DNA of 63,795 nt, the filler included, from Kipferlia bialata (lineage: Eukaryota): NCBI GenBank assembly GCA_003568945.1. It is 6 parts of 6 records of this genome, joined end to end, with 100 filler letters (N's around TTAATTAATTAA, not from the genome) between each part and the next. Parts side by side here need not be neighbours in the genome. Positions count along the whole stretch, not along the records: positions 26,047 to 38,966 come from BDIP01001014.1; positions 39,067 to 51,971 come from BDIP01001015.1; 4 more parts are not named here. One strand, given 5' to 3'. The notes beneath the pieces were generated by a model, which worked only from the letters and a program-made list of their open reading frames with translations, searched no databases and had not been told where the DNA came from. Shown here piece after piece: positions 27,009 through 40,634 of the stretch; positions within the stretch are counted from its first letter, which is position 1; every line of letters begins with the position of its first letter. The position numbers and the translations under genes are program-made.

Positions 27009-30000
27009 TGGGGACTGGATGGCAGTGTCAAGTATAGCATACAACACATACAGATACACATACACACACATAACCACATATGTGTGTCATAGTATGACTC
27101 ATACTGTTGCAAGAGAGATAGGCCTAGTAGCGCGCATACATATATGTGTGTCATTACTTGTCACTTCTAAATACATATATTCTTTCTAGTGGATCCATGT
27201 TACACCTAGGGGTGTGCGTTGTCCTGTACCACCTGGAGACAGATGTGCATATACACTTCTACATACATTATCAGTATTCATTAGGTCTACACCTATATAT
27301 TACTATACATTAATACCCAGGGTTGCCGTTGTGGTGTACCACTTAGAGACAGATACACACATATATATGTAGAATGCACATGTATGTATTAGTATAGTCA
27401 CACACATATATTTGCAGACATATTATTCACTAATACTCAGAGGTGTCGTTGTCCTGTATCACCTGGACACTGCTGCAGTGACAGGCACTTATAGAGTATA
27501 TATTGTGTATAGTACATATAGTACATCATACACTAATGCTCAAAGGTGCCGTTGTGCTGTACCATCAAGAGACAGATGCAGAGACAGGCACATACAGTAT
27601 ATATATAGTATATATAGTGACAGTACCTATATTGTATTGTATCCTTACCCCTAGGGGTGCTGTGGTCCTGTACCACCTGGACACTGATGCAGAGACAGAC
27701 CCATACATATATATAGTATGTATTGTATATATAGAATAGTACTATATACTGATACCCAGGGGTGCTGTTGTCCTGTACCACCTGGACACTGATGCAGAGA
27801 CAGGCACCTATATGTATATATATGAATATATATATGAATATATATAGTGAATAATACACTAACGCCTAGGGGTGCTGTGGTCCTGTACCACCTAGGCACT
27901 GATGCAGAGACAGACATTTATAGAGTATATATAGTATGTATTGTATATATAGTGCACTATATACTAATACCTAGGGGTGCCGTTGTGTTGTACCACCTAG
28001 AGACTGATATAGAGACAGGCACATACATATAGTATGTATAGTGACAGTACATATATTATTGTATTTTATCCTTACCCCTAGGGGTACCGTTGTGCTGTAC
28101 CACCTAGAGACTGATGCAGAGACAGACACTAACCAATGGGTGGAGCACACAGTGATAGAGCCAAGTGCTGACACACCAGGTGTATATACACATTAGTATA
28201 TACTATGTATATATTCTATGTCTATATGTATATTCTATGTATAGCTAGACCAAGGGGTGGGTGGAGCACACAGTGCTAGAGCCTAGTGCCGATACACCAG
28301 GTGGATATACACATTAGTTTATACTATGTGTAGCTAGACCAACCATATTGGCTGCAGTATAGTTCTATCCTTATATTTATACTAATATATCCAAATGAGT
28401 GGGTGGAGCACACAGTGTTGGAGCCAAGTCCCGATACCCCAGGTGTATATACTGTTTATAGTTATAGTGTTGGCTACAGTATAGTTCTATCCTTATATAC
28501 TTACGCTATATACCCTAATGAGTGGGTGGAGCACACAGTACTAGTGCCCAGTCCTGACACACCAGGTATACATTGATAAGACATATATAGTATGTGTATA
28601 CCATACACCTAAGTGCATTTGTGTACTGACTCCAGGCACCTATGGGAGTCTGATGTTTGGTACCTCTCTCTCCCTGACAGGGACATCCATAGCAATAGGG
28701 GCTAACCAGGAGGTATATATATAGACATGTGTATGTTTGGAGAGAGTGCTCTTAGTGTACTTCTTCTAGTAAGGTTTCGTTTGGAGTTGTTGTTTGTGAG
28801 CAACTTTAGAAATAGGTCCGGGATTACTATTCACAAGTTGAGATATCTTATCTTGTGTACGTTAGTATAATAATTGTGTTAAATCCACCGCCTCCCCCAC
28901 AGGTTGTCAATGGACGTCTCTGGGCTGGGGCGGTGTATGTGTACACACTGACAGAGGGTGAGTGAGGGGGTATTCTTGGGTCTTTCAACGTTGTACTTCT
29001 AGCCCTATTGTACTCTATTCTACTCTCCTTCAATCATGTTCTGAAGAAGTGAATATCCATCCCCTGCCCCTCACCACAGATGGTGTGTGGACACAGGAGG
29101 GACACATACCTATGCCACTGGACATTGTGCAGGTATAAGTATGTATATATATGTATACAATTATGTGTATATATGTATATATTAACTCAATGACACATAC
29201 CCATCCCAGTGGACATTGTGCAGGTATAAGTGTCCATTTGTATGTATATATATATGTGTGTAGATATATTTGTGTACAGATCATTTAATGACACATACCT
29301 ATGCACTGTATACATTGCTGACATAGTTGCTAAATTGTATTTGTTCCAAAACACAATTGTGCTTCCACTCATATATTGTCTAGACCCTCACTGCAGGACT
29401 ACGAGGAGGACTTTGGCTACTCGGTTGCCCTGGGCCCCGACTTCCTAGTCACATCCAGCACCCACAGTGTGTATGTGGCAGAGAGATCAGGTTAGTATAT
29501 GACACAAGAATACATGTGAATGTATGGATGTATATATACCTTTGTATGTATGTTGCAATAGTACTCACACCAGCTGAGGGTGTGTTGGGCACAGCTGCCA
29601 AGGTTGAGTATATGAGGAGTATACAGTGCTATGTCTCATAACAACAGATATATGTAAATACTATATGTGTATATATATTTGCATCGTGGACTTACACCAG
29701 CTGAGGGTGTGTGGGGTGAAGCTGTCAAGGTTGAGTCTCCTGATGGTGTGTTAATGTCCTCAGCCACTCTGGTATACGGACAAGGGACAGTGGGTATAGG
29801 AGCATTGGCCTCAAGTGTGACAGTGGAGGTATAAATGGTACATATATATGCATATTCATATATATATATATATATGGTACACATAAGGTGTCAGTGTCAT
29901 CTTCCGCTCGAGCATTGGCTCCAAGTGTGACAGTGGAGGTATGCCACAAAGAGAGCCTGTGAACACAACTTTACCCGAATACTGAAGGCAATACTTGCAT

Positions 30001-33000
30001 CCTTACCCCTCAGGGTGAGGTCTTAACCATATATAGTTGCATACATATATATATGAATAGACATTATTATATGCTAATGTATCTATGTATAGGTTGAGGT
30101 GGTCATACGCACTGACCCTCAAGGCGACCCTAACTAGGGCTGGTCTTGTCCTTCGTATGACACCTCCATCTATATATAAATACATACATATATGTATATA
30201 TGAATATACATTACTATATGCGAATGTATGTATGTATATAGGTTGAGGTGGTCATACCAACTGACCCTTAGGGTGAGGTCTTAACCAGAGCTGGCCTTGT
30301 CCTACTGTATGACACCTCCGTCCCTTTACACATATAGATGGACACTATATATATGTTTATATCTGAATAGACATTGTCCTCTCTGCTTAGTATAGGTTAT
30401 GGTCATACTAACTCTACAGGGAGAGACGCTCACCAGGGCTGGTCTTGTCCTACTGTATGACACCTCCATCCCCCTGTGGTACACTAGTACAGACACAGCT
30501 GCTGGGACAGGGTTATACCAGGCATGTATGGCACAAAGAATCCGTATAACTCAGACACACATGTATATAGACTAAACCTACGTACATACATTACTCCAGG
30601 TCCTCCAGTCCCCCTCCCCCCAGAGGGATGGGATGTATATCTATATCTATCTATATACCTATCACTGTGTCTGATCATGTATATTAGTGTACGTAACTCA
30701 CCCTCAGGTCCTCCAGTCCCCCTCTCCCCAGAGGGACGGGCTGTTCGGGGGTGCTCTCTCCTTTGACGTGACATCATTTGTCACAGATGGAGTGACGGTG
30801 GAGGTATGTATATGTACTTGCACATAGATAAGGTCATGTTTCTATCTGACTGTAGGCCCAGTTGCTAGTGAGTGAGTCTGCAACTGATGAAATATTTAGT
30901 ATTATATATATAGATACATGTATATAGTAAGGTAGTGGCAGTATCTAACATCCAGGCCCAGTTGCTAGTGAGTGAGTCCGGTGCCAATGTCCTGTTGGCA
31001 GAGGGGGCAGGGGTGGCACATTTGTATAGGTATAATATATACATACTTGTATATATATATACTATGCTATTAATGTATATATATGTATGTATATGCTGGT
31101 GCCGATGTCTTGTTGGCAGAGGGGGCTGGCGTTGCCCACCTTTACAGGTATGTATATTCTCTATATATATTCTCTATTGGTTTGACGTCTAGTCGATTCA
31201 GCGTCTCAGCGTCTCAACGTCTCAACGTCTCAGCGTCTCATACCCAGGTGCAGTGATGCTGGCACTGTGTATCCCATGACTCTGTTCCAGACTGTTGTAC
31301 AGACACCCAAGAGCAGTGAGACATTTGGATACAGGGTGGCTGTCAGGTAGATATATGTTGCTAGGAGTGTCTAGACTACAGACTGTAGTGTGTGTGGTAT
31401 AATCTTATGTATAGACTTATCACTAGCGGAGAGAGGATGGCCATCGGTAATGGGGGTGGTCCAGTGGTGGCTGTCTCTCTCTCTCTCTCTGTCTCTCTCT
31501 CCCCCTAAGTATGTACATACAACACTAATCAATAGGGGTGAGAGGATGGCCATCGTTTGTTGGGCTTACCCACATTCACTAGTTCTACCTGTATGTCTCT
31601 ATATATCTATCCATCTATAGGATATGTGTAATATCCAGTGGAGAGAGGATGGTCATCATTGTATTTCTCTCTCTCTCTCTCCCCCCCTAAGTATGTATAT
31701 ATAATTCTTATCAATAGGGGTGAGAGGATGGCCGTCGTTAGCGGGGGCGGAGCAGGAGGGGTGACTGTACTGGACTACTCAACGGTGGCAGGTACGTATA
31801 TAGCTGTATATATTTATATATGTATTCATATATATATAGAGATAGATACATATATACTAGTGTATACCATCTGACTGCACTGGACTACTCAACGGTGGCA
31901 GGTATATTTTTAATACATGTACAAATATATACTATTACTATGTATATATTTAATATACTATCTGACGGTGCTGGACCACTCAACGGTGGCAGGTACGTGT
32001 ATATATATACTAACAGTAGCAGGGTTGCATACTCCCGCACAGTGTGTTTATATACCTAAAACACTGTACACCCATTATATAGGCCTGTATGTCCCCGCTG
32101 CCCCAGTGCCAGCTGGATGTATACCTACGTCTGTGATCTAAATATATATATATATATATCCAATATATATATATACGTATAACCACAGGCCTGTATGTCC
32201 CGTCTGCCCCTGTCCTTGAGAGTGGGTTCAACGGAGAGAGCAGGAACTTTGGACAGTCCATCGCACTCTGTGATGACGGTATCACTGGTACAGGTACTAT
32301 ATATGAATGGGTGTATGTATACCTTCCAGTAGAGTGTGTCTCTATCACCTTACTACCAGGCCCCACTCTCTATGTGGGCAGTGCCCTAGATGGGATATTG
32401 GTATATATACTTATATATATTTACGTGTATGTACATATATAGTAGTCTAAGTATTTATACTATCTCATATCCAGCTACCACTGTCTACGTGGGCAGTGCC
32501 TCCCTAGATGGGACAGGGGGGGTATATGGGGTCATGGTGAGGTAGGGTATATGTATGTATAAGTGTATATACGTATGTAGATATGTTGTTGGGGAGAGAA
32601 TGAGAGAGATAGGATGGATGGGGACAGGGGGTGTGTATGTGATCATAGTCAGGTATGGTGCACTAACACTGAAGTGGGTGGGAGAGAGGGAGACTGGGTA
32701 TATGGGTTGTGGGGTGGTGCGATTTGGCATGTGTAAAGATTTATTAATTAGTATTAGTATTAGTATAATTAATGTACTCTGTACTGGTATGATATTAACA
32801 CCAGGTCCATTTACGCCAACTGCTGGATGCCAATGGCGGACCAGATGCCCACATGCGGTGCAGCAATGGGAAACATCAGGTATACATAGTATTTATACAC
32901 TTATAGTGCATAGTACATATTTATAGAGAGAGAGACAGAAAGGGAGAGAGAGAGGGAGAGAGTGATGCCCACATGCGGTGCAGCAAGGGGAAACATCAGG

Positions 33001-36000
33001 TATACCTTATATGTACTAAATATACATTTTATGTAACGACAGAGAGAGAGAGAGGGAGAGAGGGAGTGTAATGATTGATCAGATTCCCCCATGCAGCACA
33101 ACATTGGGAATTGTTTGAAATGCTTTTGTATACATGTATATACTAGTATATGATATATATATAATCCACATATGAATCTCTAACCCTCAGAGTTTATGAC
33201 GTCGAGACAGGGAATGTCTGCACAGACGACCTGTCAGCTGGTATGTTCATATATACAATCATATATATATATATATTCAAGTATTCACATACATAACAGC
33301 TAGAGAGGCAGAGAGACGGCCAGCCAGCTGGTATGTACACGTATACATATTTGTGTATGTGTATCTATGTATATTCAGTAGTGTAATATATGGTGTATGT
33401 ATATACACTCTTACTATTAGGCCTCTCTGCCTATTGGCAGACCCCCGAGGGATACTGTGTATATGTATATATNNNNNNNNNNNNNNNNNNNNNNNNNNNN
33501 NNNNNNNNNNNNNNNNNNNNNNNNNNNNNNNNNNNNNNNNNNNNNNNNNNNNNNNNNNNNNNNNNNNNNNCTATATGTATGATCTTACCCATAGGCCTCT
33601 CTGCCTATTGGCAGACCCCCGAGGGTGAAGACGTCCAACCACCCCAGCCGATGACTGTTAGGGATCCAGTCAACTTCCCAGGTATGTCATGAACATACTA
33701 GGCATACACACATATATCTATTATGTACATACTATATATACAATGTGTTATAGTTCATGTAACCAGCCCATGACGGTCAGAGATCCCGTCAACCACCCAG
33801 GTATGTGTGCTTATACTCTGTATACGATAGTATAGTAAATATAATTGTAGTACAATACACATGTGTGTATATATATTCTATCTCACTTCAGGCGAGTACC
33901 TCATAGACCTGACTGGCCCACCTGGCCATGTATTCTATATTTACACAGTATACATAAGTATATATAGTATATATATATTCATAGTATGTGTATTTGAACT
34001 TTCCCCAGGCGAATACCTCATAGACCTCACTGGCCCCCCTGCCCCTGGGTTACACACTCTCAGGGTGTGCTACAACGGTATGTGTATACAGACAGATATG
34101 TGTGTGTGTGTGTGTGTGTGTGTGTATACAGACAGATATGTGTATACTACTCATTCTAATGGTATATATATATATATACATATGGTACAATACATGCATC
34201 CACCCCCAGGTGTCACCATCACCTCAGGAAGTGCCCTCACACTATTAATATGTATATTATGTATATATATGTATATATATGTATATATATGTATATATAT
34301 ATATACTGTGTATATCTCCTCTAGTAGTGCCCCCAGTGTACAGACTATATATATACACATATATACATACTATGTATAAGTATATATATTCAATCGAACT
34401 TACGCAGGTGTCACCCTCACCTCTGGCAGTGCCCCCACACCATATATATATATATATATATACATACTGGGTATAAGTATATATATTCCAACTTACGCAG
34501 GGTGTCACCATCACCTCCGGCAGTGCCCCCACAATATATATATATATATGTATTTGTGTGTGTATCTACGTATGTATATGTGTAATGCTGCTATCATGCT
34601 TCAAGTCACCCATATCAGGTGTCACCATCACCTCTGGCAGTGCCCCCAGTGTACAGACTGTAGACCCCACTCTATCAACCATACACGGCACATGTACCAA
34701 GGATGAGCCACTACCCATATCCATATCCATACTAGACAGCTGTGGTGGGAGCATCACGGGTCTAACTGTCACTGCTACAGTAACAAATGCATCTGGTACC
34801 GTTGTGTACACTGGAGACGTGACAGAGGTTGTGGGTACCCCAGGGGTGTATGAGACTGTTACTGATAGCCTACCCGAGGGTGTGTACACTGTAAGTGCCT
34901 TAGCCGGAGGAGTCGTTGTTACTGGCACTCTCTATGTGTGTGCCTTCACTGTATCTGAGGGAGGTGTGGACTTCCACATTAGTGTGGAGTCATATGTACT
35001 GATAGACTCTGTCTCTGCCACTGCTGGTGTGCCACACTACGTGGGTCTAGCCCTCTATGACGTAGAGGGTAGTGCTGTTACAGCACTGGTTGATGTGTCA
35101 ATAAGGGACACTGGGACTGGGGCTGTGTACCCATTGACTATTAGTGGTAGTACCTACACAGGTAATATCATTGTATTGCTAGAGGCTACTATATATATAT
35201 GTGTGTGTGTATGTATGGTTATGTGGTGTATTTACTCCAGGTGTTATGGTGTATTTACTCCAGGTGTTGTGGTGCTAGAGGATATATAGTATATATGTAT
35301 ATAGCATATAGTATTTATGTATATGTTTTGTATTTACTCCAGGTGATGTGGTACTAGAGGATATATATTATATATGTATATAGCATATACTATATATGTA
35401 TATGTAGTGTATTCACTCCAGGTGATGTGGTGCTAGAGGCAGGCCAGGCATCCTTGATGGTGGTGGTGGGGGGGGAGTCATTCTTCATATTCAAGGTGGG
35501 ATGATTTTCAGCGGCTATGTTGCAATGTATATTTAGTAATAGTATATATCCGTCAAGGTTCGGTGCTACTGCACTATATATATAGTGTCTATGGATATAT
35601 ATACATTCTTGAATCCTTCTTCATATTCAAGGTATGTATATATATATCTATGCGTCTAACTGTATAGAGTTACTGTATTACGTATATATGGATGTATCTA
35701 TGTATTGCTATTTCGCCAGTGTCTCTCTTCATATTCAATGTTGGATATATGGTATATATCATATAGTAATAGTGATATTAATAGAGATATACGTCAATGT
35801 GTGATGATTTGTTCCTGTAGTATGTCAATGGTATATATATATGTACATACATATACAGTGTTTATTCTTCCTGTCTTTGTGGTCAGAGGATAACGTACTC
35901 TCACAGGTGTATATTGGCTTCACGTTTTCTCTAACCCTAGATTGATGTGGATGAGCCCTTCCCTGCTGAGCCTGTGTCCAAGGTGTGTGTGCATGCATAC

Positions 36001-36384
36001 ATACTTATACTACATACAGAATAACATGTCTCATGTCTGCTGTATATATGCATCCCAAATCATTAGTTGTAGCTCACTGTGTACACACGTGTATTTTATA
36101 TGCATTGTCTGAGCCATCGTATATTACTTGTAACCACCAAATACCAGTGCGCATAGGTTGGACCCTCTTTGTTCTTGCCTCTGTATTCATCTTTATATAC
36201 ATATTTGATATATTATTACCATACACATTATATAATATATAATATATACACTCTAATCACCCAGGTGCCTATGGTAGTGGGATGGACCCTCTTTGTCCTA
36301 GCCTCTGTCTTCATCGGTGTCAGGGAGGGCATGCGGTGCAAGTACAAGGACCATGTCAGACTTGACATGGGTGCTACCGCGTAG
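26401..36384 (+). CDS. Type I membrane surface protein: signal peptide, FG-GAP (integrin-alpha-like) beta-propeller, Ig/filamin-like domains, C-terminal TM helix
   Basis: MLLSLAVLATVLSLCYG signal peptide; repeats MFGTSLSL..IAIGA..AGAVYVY, DFGYSVAL, LFGGALSF, TFGYRVAV, NFGQSIAL..YVGS; Thr/Val-rich beta region 34619-35161; TM VVGWTLFVLASVFIGV then REGMRCKYKDHVRLDMGATA*. Confidence 0.8.
27200..28570 (+). repeat. Exon-echo tandem array: 8 acceptor-side and 3 donor-side partial copies around the real exon ~28082-28179
   Basis: ~110-bp period copies of [..CCYAG + GGTGCYGTKGTSCTGTACCACCTRGASACWGATGCAGAGACAG] upstream, and of [GGGTGGAGCACACAGT..ACMCCAG + GT] downstream. Confidence 0.9.
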
Positions 36385-37213
36385 AATATGAGTAGTAGTA
36401 ATAGAGAGGGAGAGAGAGAGTGAGGGGAGGGAGGGTATGAGGTGCAAGTACAAGGACCATGTCAGACTGGAGATGGGGGCAACCGCGTAGAATATGAATG
36501 AAAAGACATATAACATTTTTACATCATAGTTCCTTATGTTTTGTTAGAATGTCTTTGACAGGTATGCATCTGGTAAGGTGCAAGTACAATGACCATGTGA
36601 GACTGGACATGGGGGCAACAGCATAGATAATTGATACATATAGTAATAGTAACAATATTTGAGAGACAGAGAGAGAGCGAGAATGTAAGTACAATGGCCT
36701 TATGATATGGCCCACATCAGTCTGTATATGGGGGCAACAGCATATACACACGCCTTGTATGCAAAATAATGAGTGAGAGAGATTCAGTTGCGCCAAAGAT
36801 CATGCTAGACTGGCAAATTTGAATGAAACACATTTCTGGACAGATTCCATTCCATTTGGGTTCTTTAGCAACTTGTCCAAGGGCTAACTGTGGCAGAATA
36901 GTGTATATTGCTTCGTGAAGAAATACTCTGCTTGATTGGAAGGACTATGCAGGAATATTGAGAGACAGCGGGAGGGTTTCAACAAATTATTGAAATAGAG
37001 TTTCTATATTTTGAGATGTACTACATTGGGCAAATGTACTCAACAAAGAACACATAGAAAGTTTCAATTTGAAACCTTTCAGCGGCTTTCTCTCTTGGTG
37101 CTCCCTCGCATATTCCCTCTATTGAGCACTCCCTACCACACTTACTACTTACTATCTTACACAGAGAGGGGTGTCACTCAGTACGTATTGCCTATACGTG
37201 CCTGGTTTAGGCA

Positions 37214-37819
37214 ATGTCGAAGAAGAGTGAGCGCTTCGCCTTGCTGAACTCCAATGCTCCTAGCCCAACACCTAGCCCATCATTAGTGGCTCCTCCCTCT
37301 AGTGCCTCTGACAAGGCCCAGCACTCCACAGGACATACCTCCCAAGGTACTTTATAGGCTATAAATTATAGCACACCTCTGATCTGCATACACATATCTA
37401 CATTTACATACCTATATCAAATTTACTTATACACAGTCATATCATATGTACTCTAAAGCGCTCCCATATACATTATGTGGCATATATTCAACATACCTGA
37501 TGCAGCTCAGGGAATCGGTGCTCTAAACGGCCCTTCCTGGCGAAAGGAGATCTCCGTGCCCTCAGAGAGAGATTCCGACGACCCATACTTCAGTTACAGG
37601 TATAACACATAAGGGCCTAGGCTTGATAGCCACCAAATACATTGATTTCTCCTCAGTTCCAGGGAGGCCGTGCTGAGACACGGCAACTGGCAGGACAAGG
37701 AGCACATGCCAACCTGGGAGGAGTTTGAAGAGATGGAGGAGGACTACCAGAGAGCAATGGCCTCGGAGTCAAGGGACTCACTACGTGACTCCAGTGAGGA
37801 GACATCTGGATTTCCTTGA
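37214..37819 (+). CDS. Small 3-exon hypothetical protein (~130 aa)
   Basis: MSKKSERFALLNSNAPSPTPS.. | AQGIGALNGPSWRKEISV.. | SREAVLRHGNWQDKEHMPTWEEFEEMEEDYQR..SGFP*; introns join in phase (1, then 2). Confidence 0.6.
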
Positions 37820-38966
37820 CTGAGAGGGGGAGTTTGAAGAGATGGAAGAGGACTTCAAGAGAGAGAGAGGGAGAGAGAGACATGACCTCGGAGTCCAGTG
37901 AGACATCTGGACTCCCCTGAGTAGAATACATCCCGAGAACTATAAAGAGACTGATCAGTATATAGTACCTTACTAGGCCTAGTACGGCTTACTAGGCCTA
38001 GTACTACAAAAGTATGTATAACTTATACATTGTATAAGTCAGAATAGATTCTTGTCACTTTCTGCCTCGACGGTCCTAACCCTGTAAATACCTTACTACC
38101 GGGCTCTACTCCCGCCAATGGCAGTGCCATGCACATACAAATTGCAAACTCAGATCGACAATTTTGGATTGTGGGTGTGGCTCAAAAGATACATACAGGA
38201 AGATAGATGTTGGACCTTACAACTGATCATAGCATTCCAGCCGGGTCCCCACTGCTTAGAGCTCTTTTAAGTATGAGAAGTAGCCATATTTTGACGGATT
38301 CTATTCCACCATTCCACCATAATACAGCCTGTTGAGAACGAAACTGGCAATCTTCACGCTCAGCCTCAGTCTTAGGTTTAGCCAAGGGTGAACCAACTTT
38401 GTATTTAGTTACTTGCGTCCTATTGCGGTGACTGTGATCTACTTGAGAGGGGCTCTATCATTGAAATAGGATTACTATAGATTACCTCTTGAAGAGGTCC
38501 TCTTCACTTCTTGAAAAGATGAAGTGCAAATAGTATCAGTGTCAGTATCAATATCAGTCAATTGCTAACAGTGTCAGACTAGCACTGTCAGTCTGCCACT
38601 TCCTTCACTTCTTCTTGTGAAGCTGAAGGTTCCCCAGAGCTCTGTTGAGCTTCCTCACGTCACGCCTTTCCTGGGGTCACATCCAGATACAACATGATAC
38701 TGATAAGGAATAGAGTGGCAATCGTACTTTATCAGTGAAAAATTATCACAGTGTGGTACTATGTCATAGTCCGCCAGTACTACAGTTATAGCATCACTAA
38801 CTCAGTTATACTAGTTATAATGACTAAGATATAACTAGTTTATAACATATACTATATGTGTTACATATATAGTACTTGCCGAAGCCCCTTATTTCGCCAA
38901 AATATGGACCCTATTTTGGATGAAATGACCCCCCTTTGGATGGATGAAATAGTGTCGGGCATCATT

Positions 38967-39066
38967 NNNNNNNNNNNNNNNNNNNNNNNNNNNNNNNNNN
39001 NNNNNNNNNNTTAATTAATTAANNNNNNNNNNNNNNNNNNNNNNNNNNNNNNNNNNNNNNNNNNNN
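38967..39066. other. Artificial contig linker
   Basis: N44-TTAATTAATTAA-N44. Confidence 0.97.
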
Positions 39067-39114
<48 letters not shown>

Positions 39115-39167
39115 GTCTCTATGGCTTAGAGTACTTCTATAAAACCTCCGCCCACTGCATACTCTCG

Positions 39168-39198
<31 letters not shown>

Positions 39199-39204
39199 AT
39201 CTCC

Positions 39205-40598
39205 CTAAAGTACCTCACCCCACTGCATACTGTCATCTGGGTACACCATGCCCTGTGGCAAGGTAAGAGAGACACAGTCACCTCTGGAGAGTGGCAGAAG
39301 CCTTGAGTTAGGGTGAATATATACATATTTGTGTGTGGTACAAATATAGTGATTATACGATAATTGTCCTCTCCTACCACAGTATCCTTCACTCCCTCTC
39401 TTTGGTACTATATGCATACAATAGTATATGAATATATGCATACACTAGTATATACATATATACCTGTCCTCTCCCACCACTGATACCCGTTCTGCCTCCC
39501 TTAGAAAGGGGCCACTAGAAGCTTAAGATAAGAGGCTAGAGAGAGAGAGAGAGAGAACATTGTCAGAAAGGGGCCACTAGTAGCTTGAAATAAGGGGCTA
39601 GAGAGAGAGGGAGAGAACACATGACACATTGTCATAGAGGGGCCACTTGTTGCTGAGATGGGTATATAACCATATACTACATACAAAATTCCATATACTA
39701 TAAACTACATATATATATCCATACAGAGTGTCATAGTATAGTGTATTCATATGCATATACATAACTGTCTCAGAATGATACCCATGTATACATATTAGTG
39801 TAACCAGATACCTCTTGCGTCAAGTGACTCTTTCATCATACAGATTTCTCTTTCATCATACAGATTTCTCTTTCATCATACAGATTTCTTGTTATGACAT
39901 GTGTAAGTATCTATGCGTATATAACAAGTCTGTGCATATAGCACCTCTTGTGTCAAGTGCACACCAGTCCAGATACTCTCATCATCCATAGTATTAGCTA
40001 ATTGCGTAATTAATGTATATAATACATATTATTGATTCATCGTTAGTGTCTATAATACCTCTTGTGTCAAGTGCACCCCAGTCCAGGTACTGGCCAGTGA
40101 TGGTGTCACATATATAAATATATTCACTGACTCTTATATATAACTCGTTATACTACTCTCTCACTTCATACTATAGTTCTATAATGGAGTTACTCCATTG
40201 GAGTATACAGTAACTACATTCATTGATACCCACCCTTTGTACTTAGTGCACCCCAGTCCAGGTACTGGCCAGTGATGGTGTCATATATATATATACACAA
40301 ATATACATATANNNNNNNNNNNNNNNNNNNNNNNNNNNNNNNNNNNNNNNNNNNNNNNNNNNNNNNNNNNNNNNNNNNNNNNNNNNNNNNNNNNNNNNNN
40401 NNNNATTCAGTGCACCCCACTCCAGGTACTGGCCAGTGATGGTGTCATATATATATATAGTCAAGTATACTATATATAGTGTACTACTGTATATATTCAT
40501 AGAGTACCCTTTCTATTCAGTCTACCCCAGTCCAGGTACTGGCCAGTGATGGTGTCATAGGCTAGGACCTAGGTGTTATGGAGAATGTACACATATAT

Positions 40599-40634
<36 letters not shown>

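Noticed and set aside
27200..28130. Repeat-spacer pattern resembling a CRISPR array
   Set aside because: The repeats are copies of a eukaryotic exon start with splice signals, the spacers are related low-complexity intron DNA, and there are no cas genes.
31198..31240. 8-bp tandem repeat (TCARCGTC)x5; also a 20-bp x3 repeat at 39828-39888
   Set aside because: Ordinary intronic minisatellites with no further structure.
38000..38966. Microsatellite-poor intergenic stretch checked for tRNA, snRNA or rRNA
   Set aside because: No cloverleaf, Sm site with stems, or rRNA signature recognisable by eye; an Infernal/Rfam scan would be needed.
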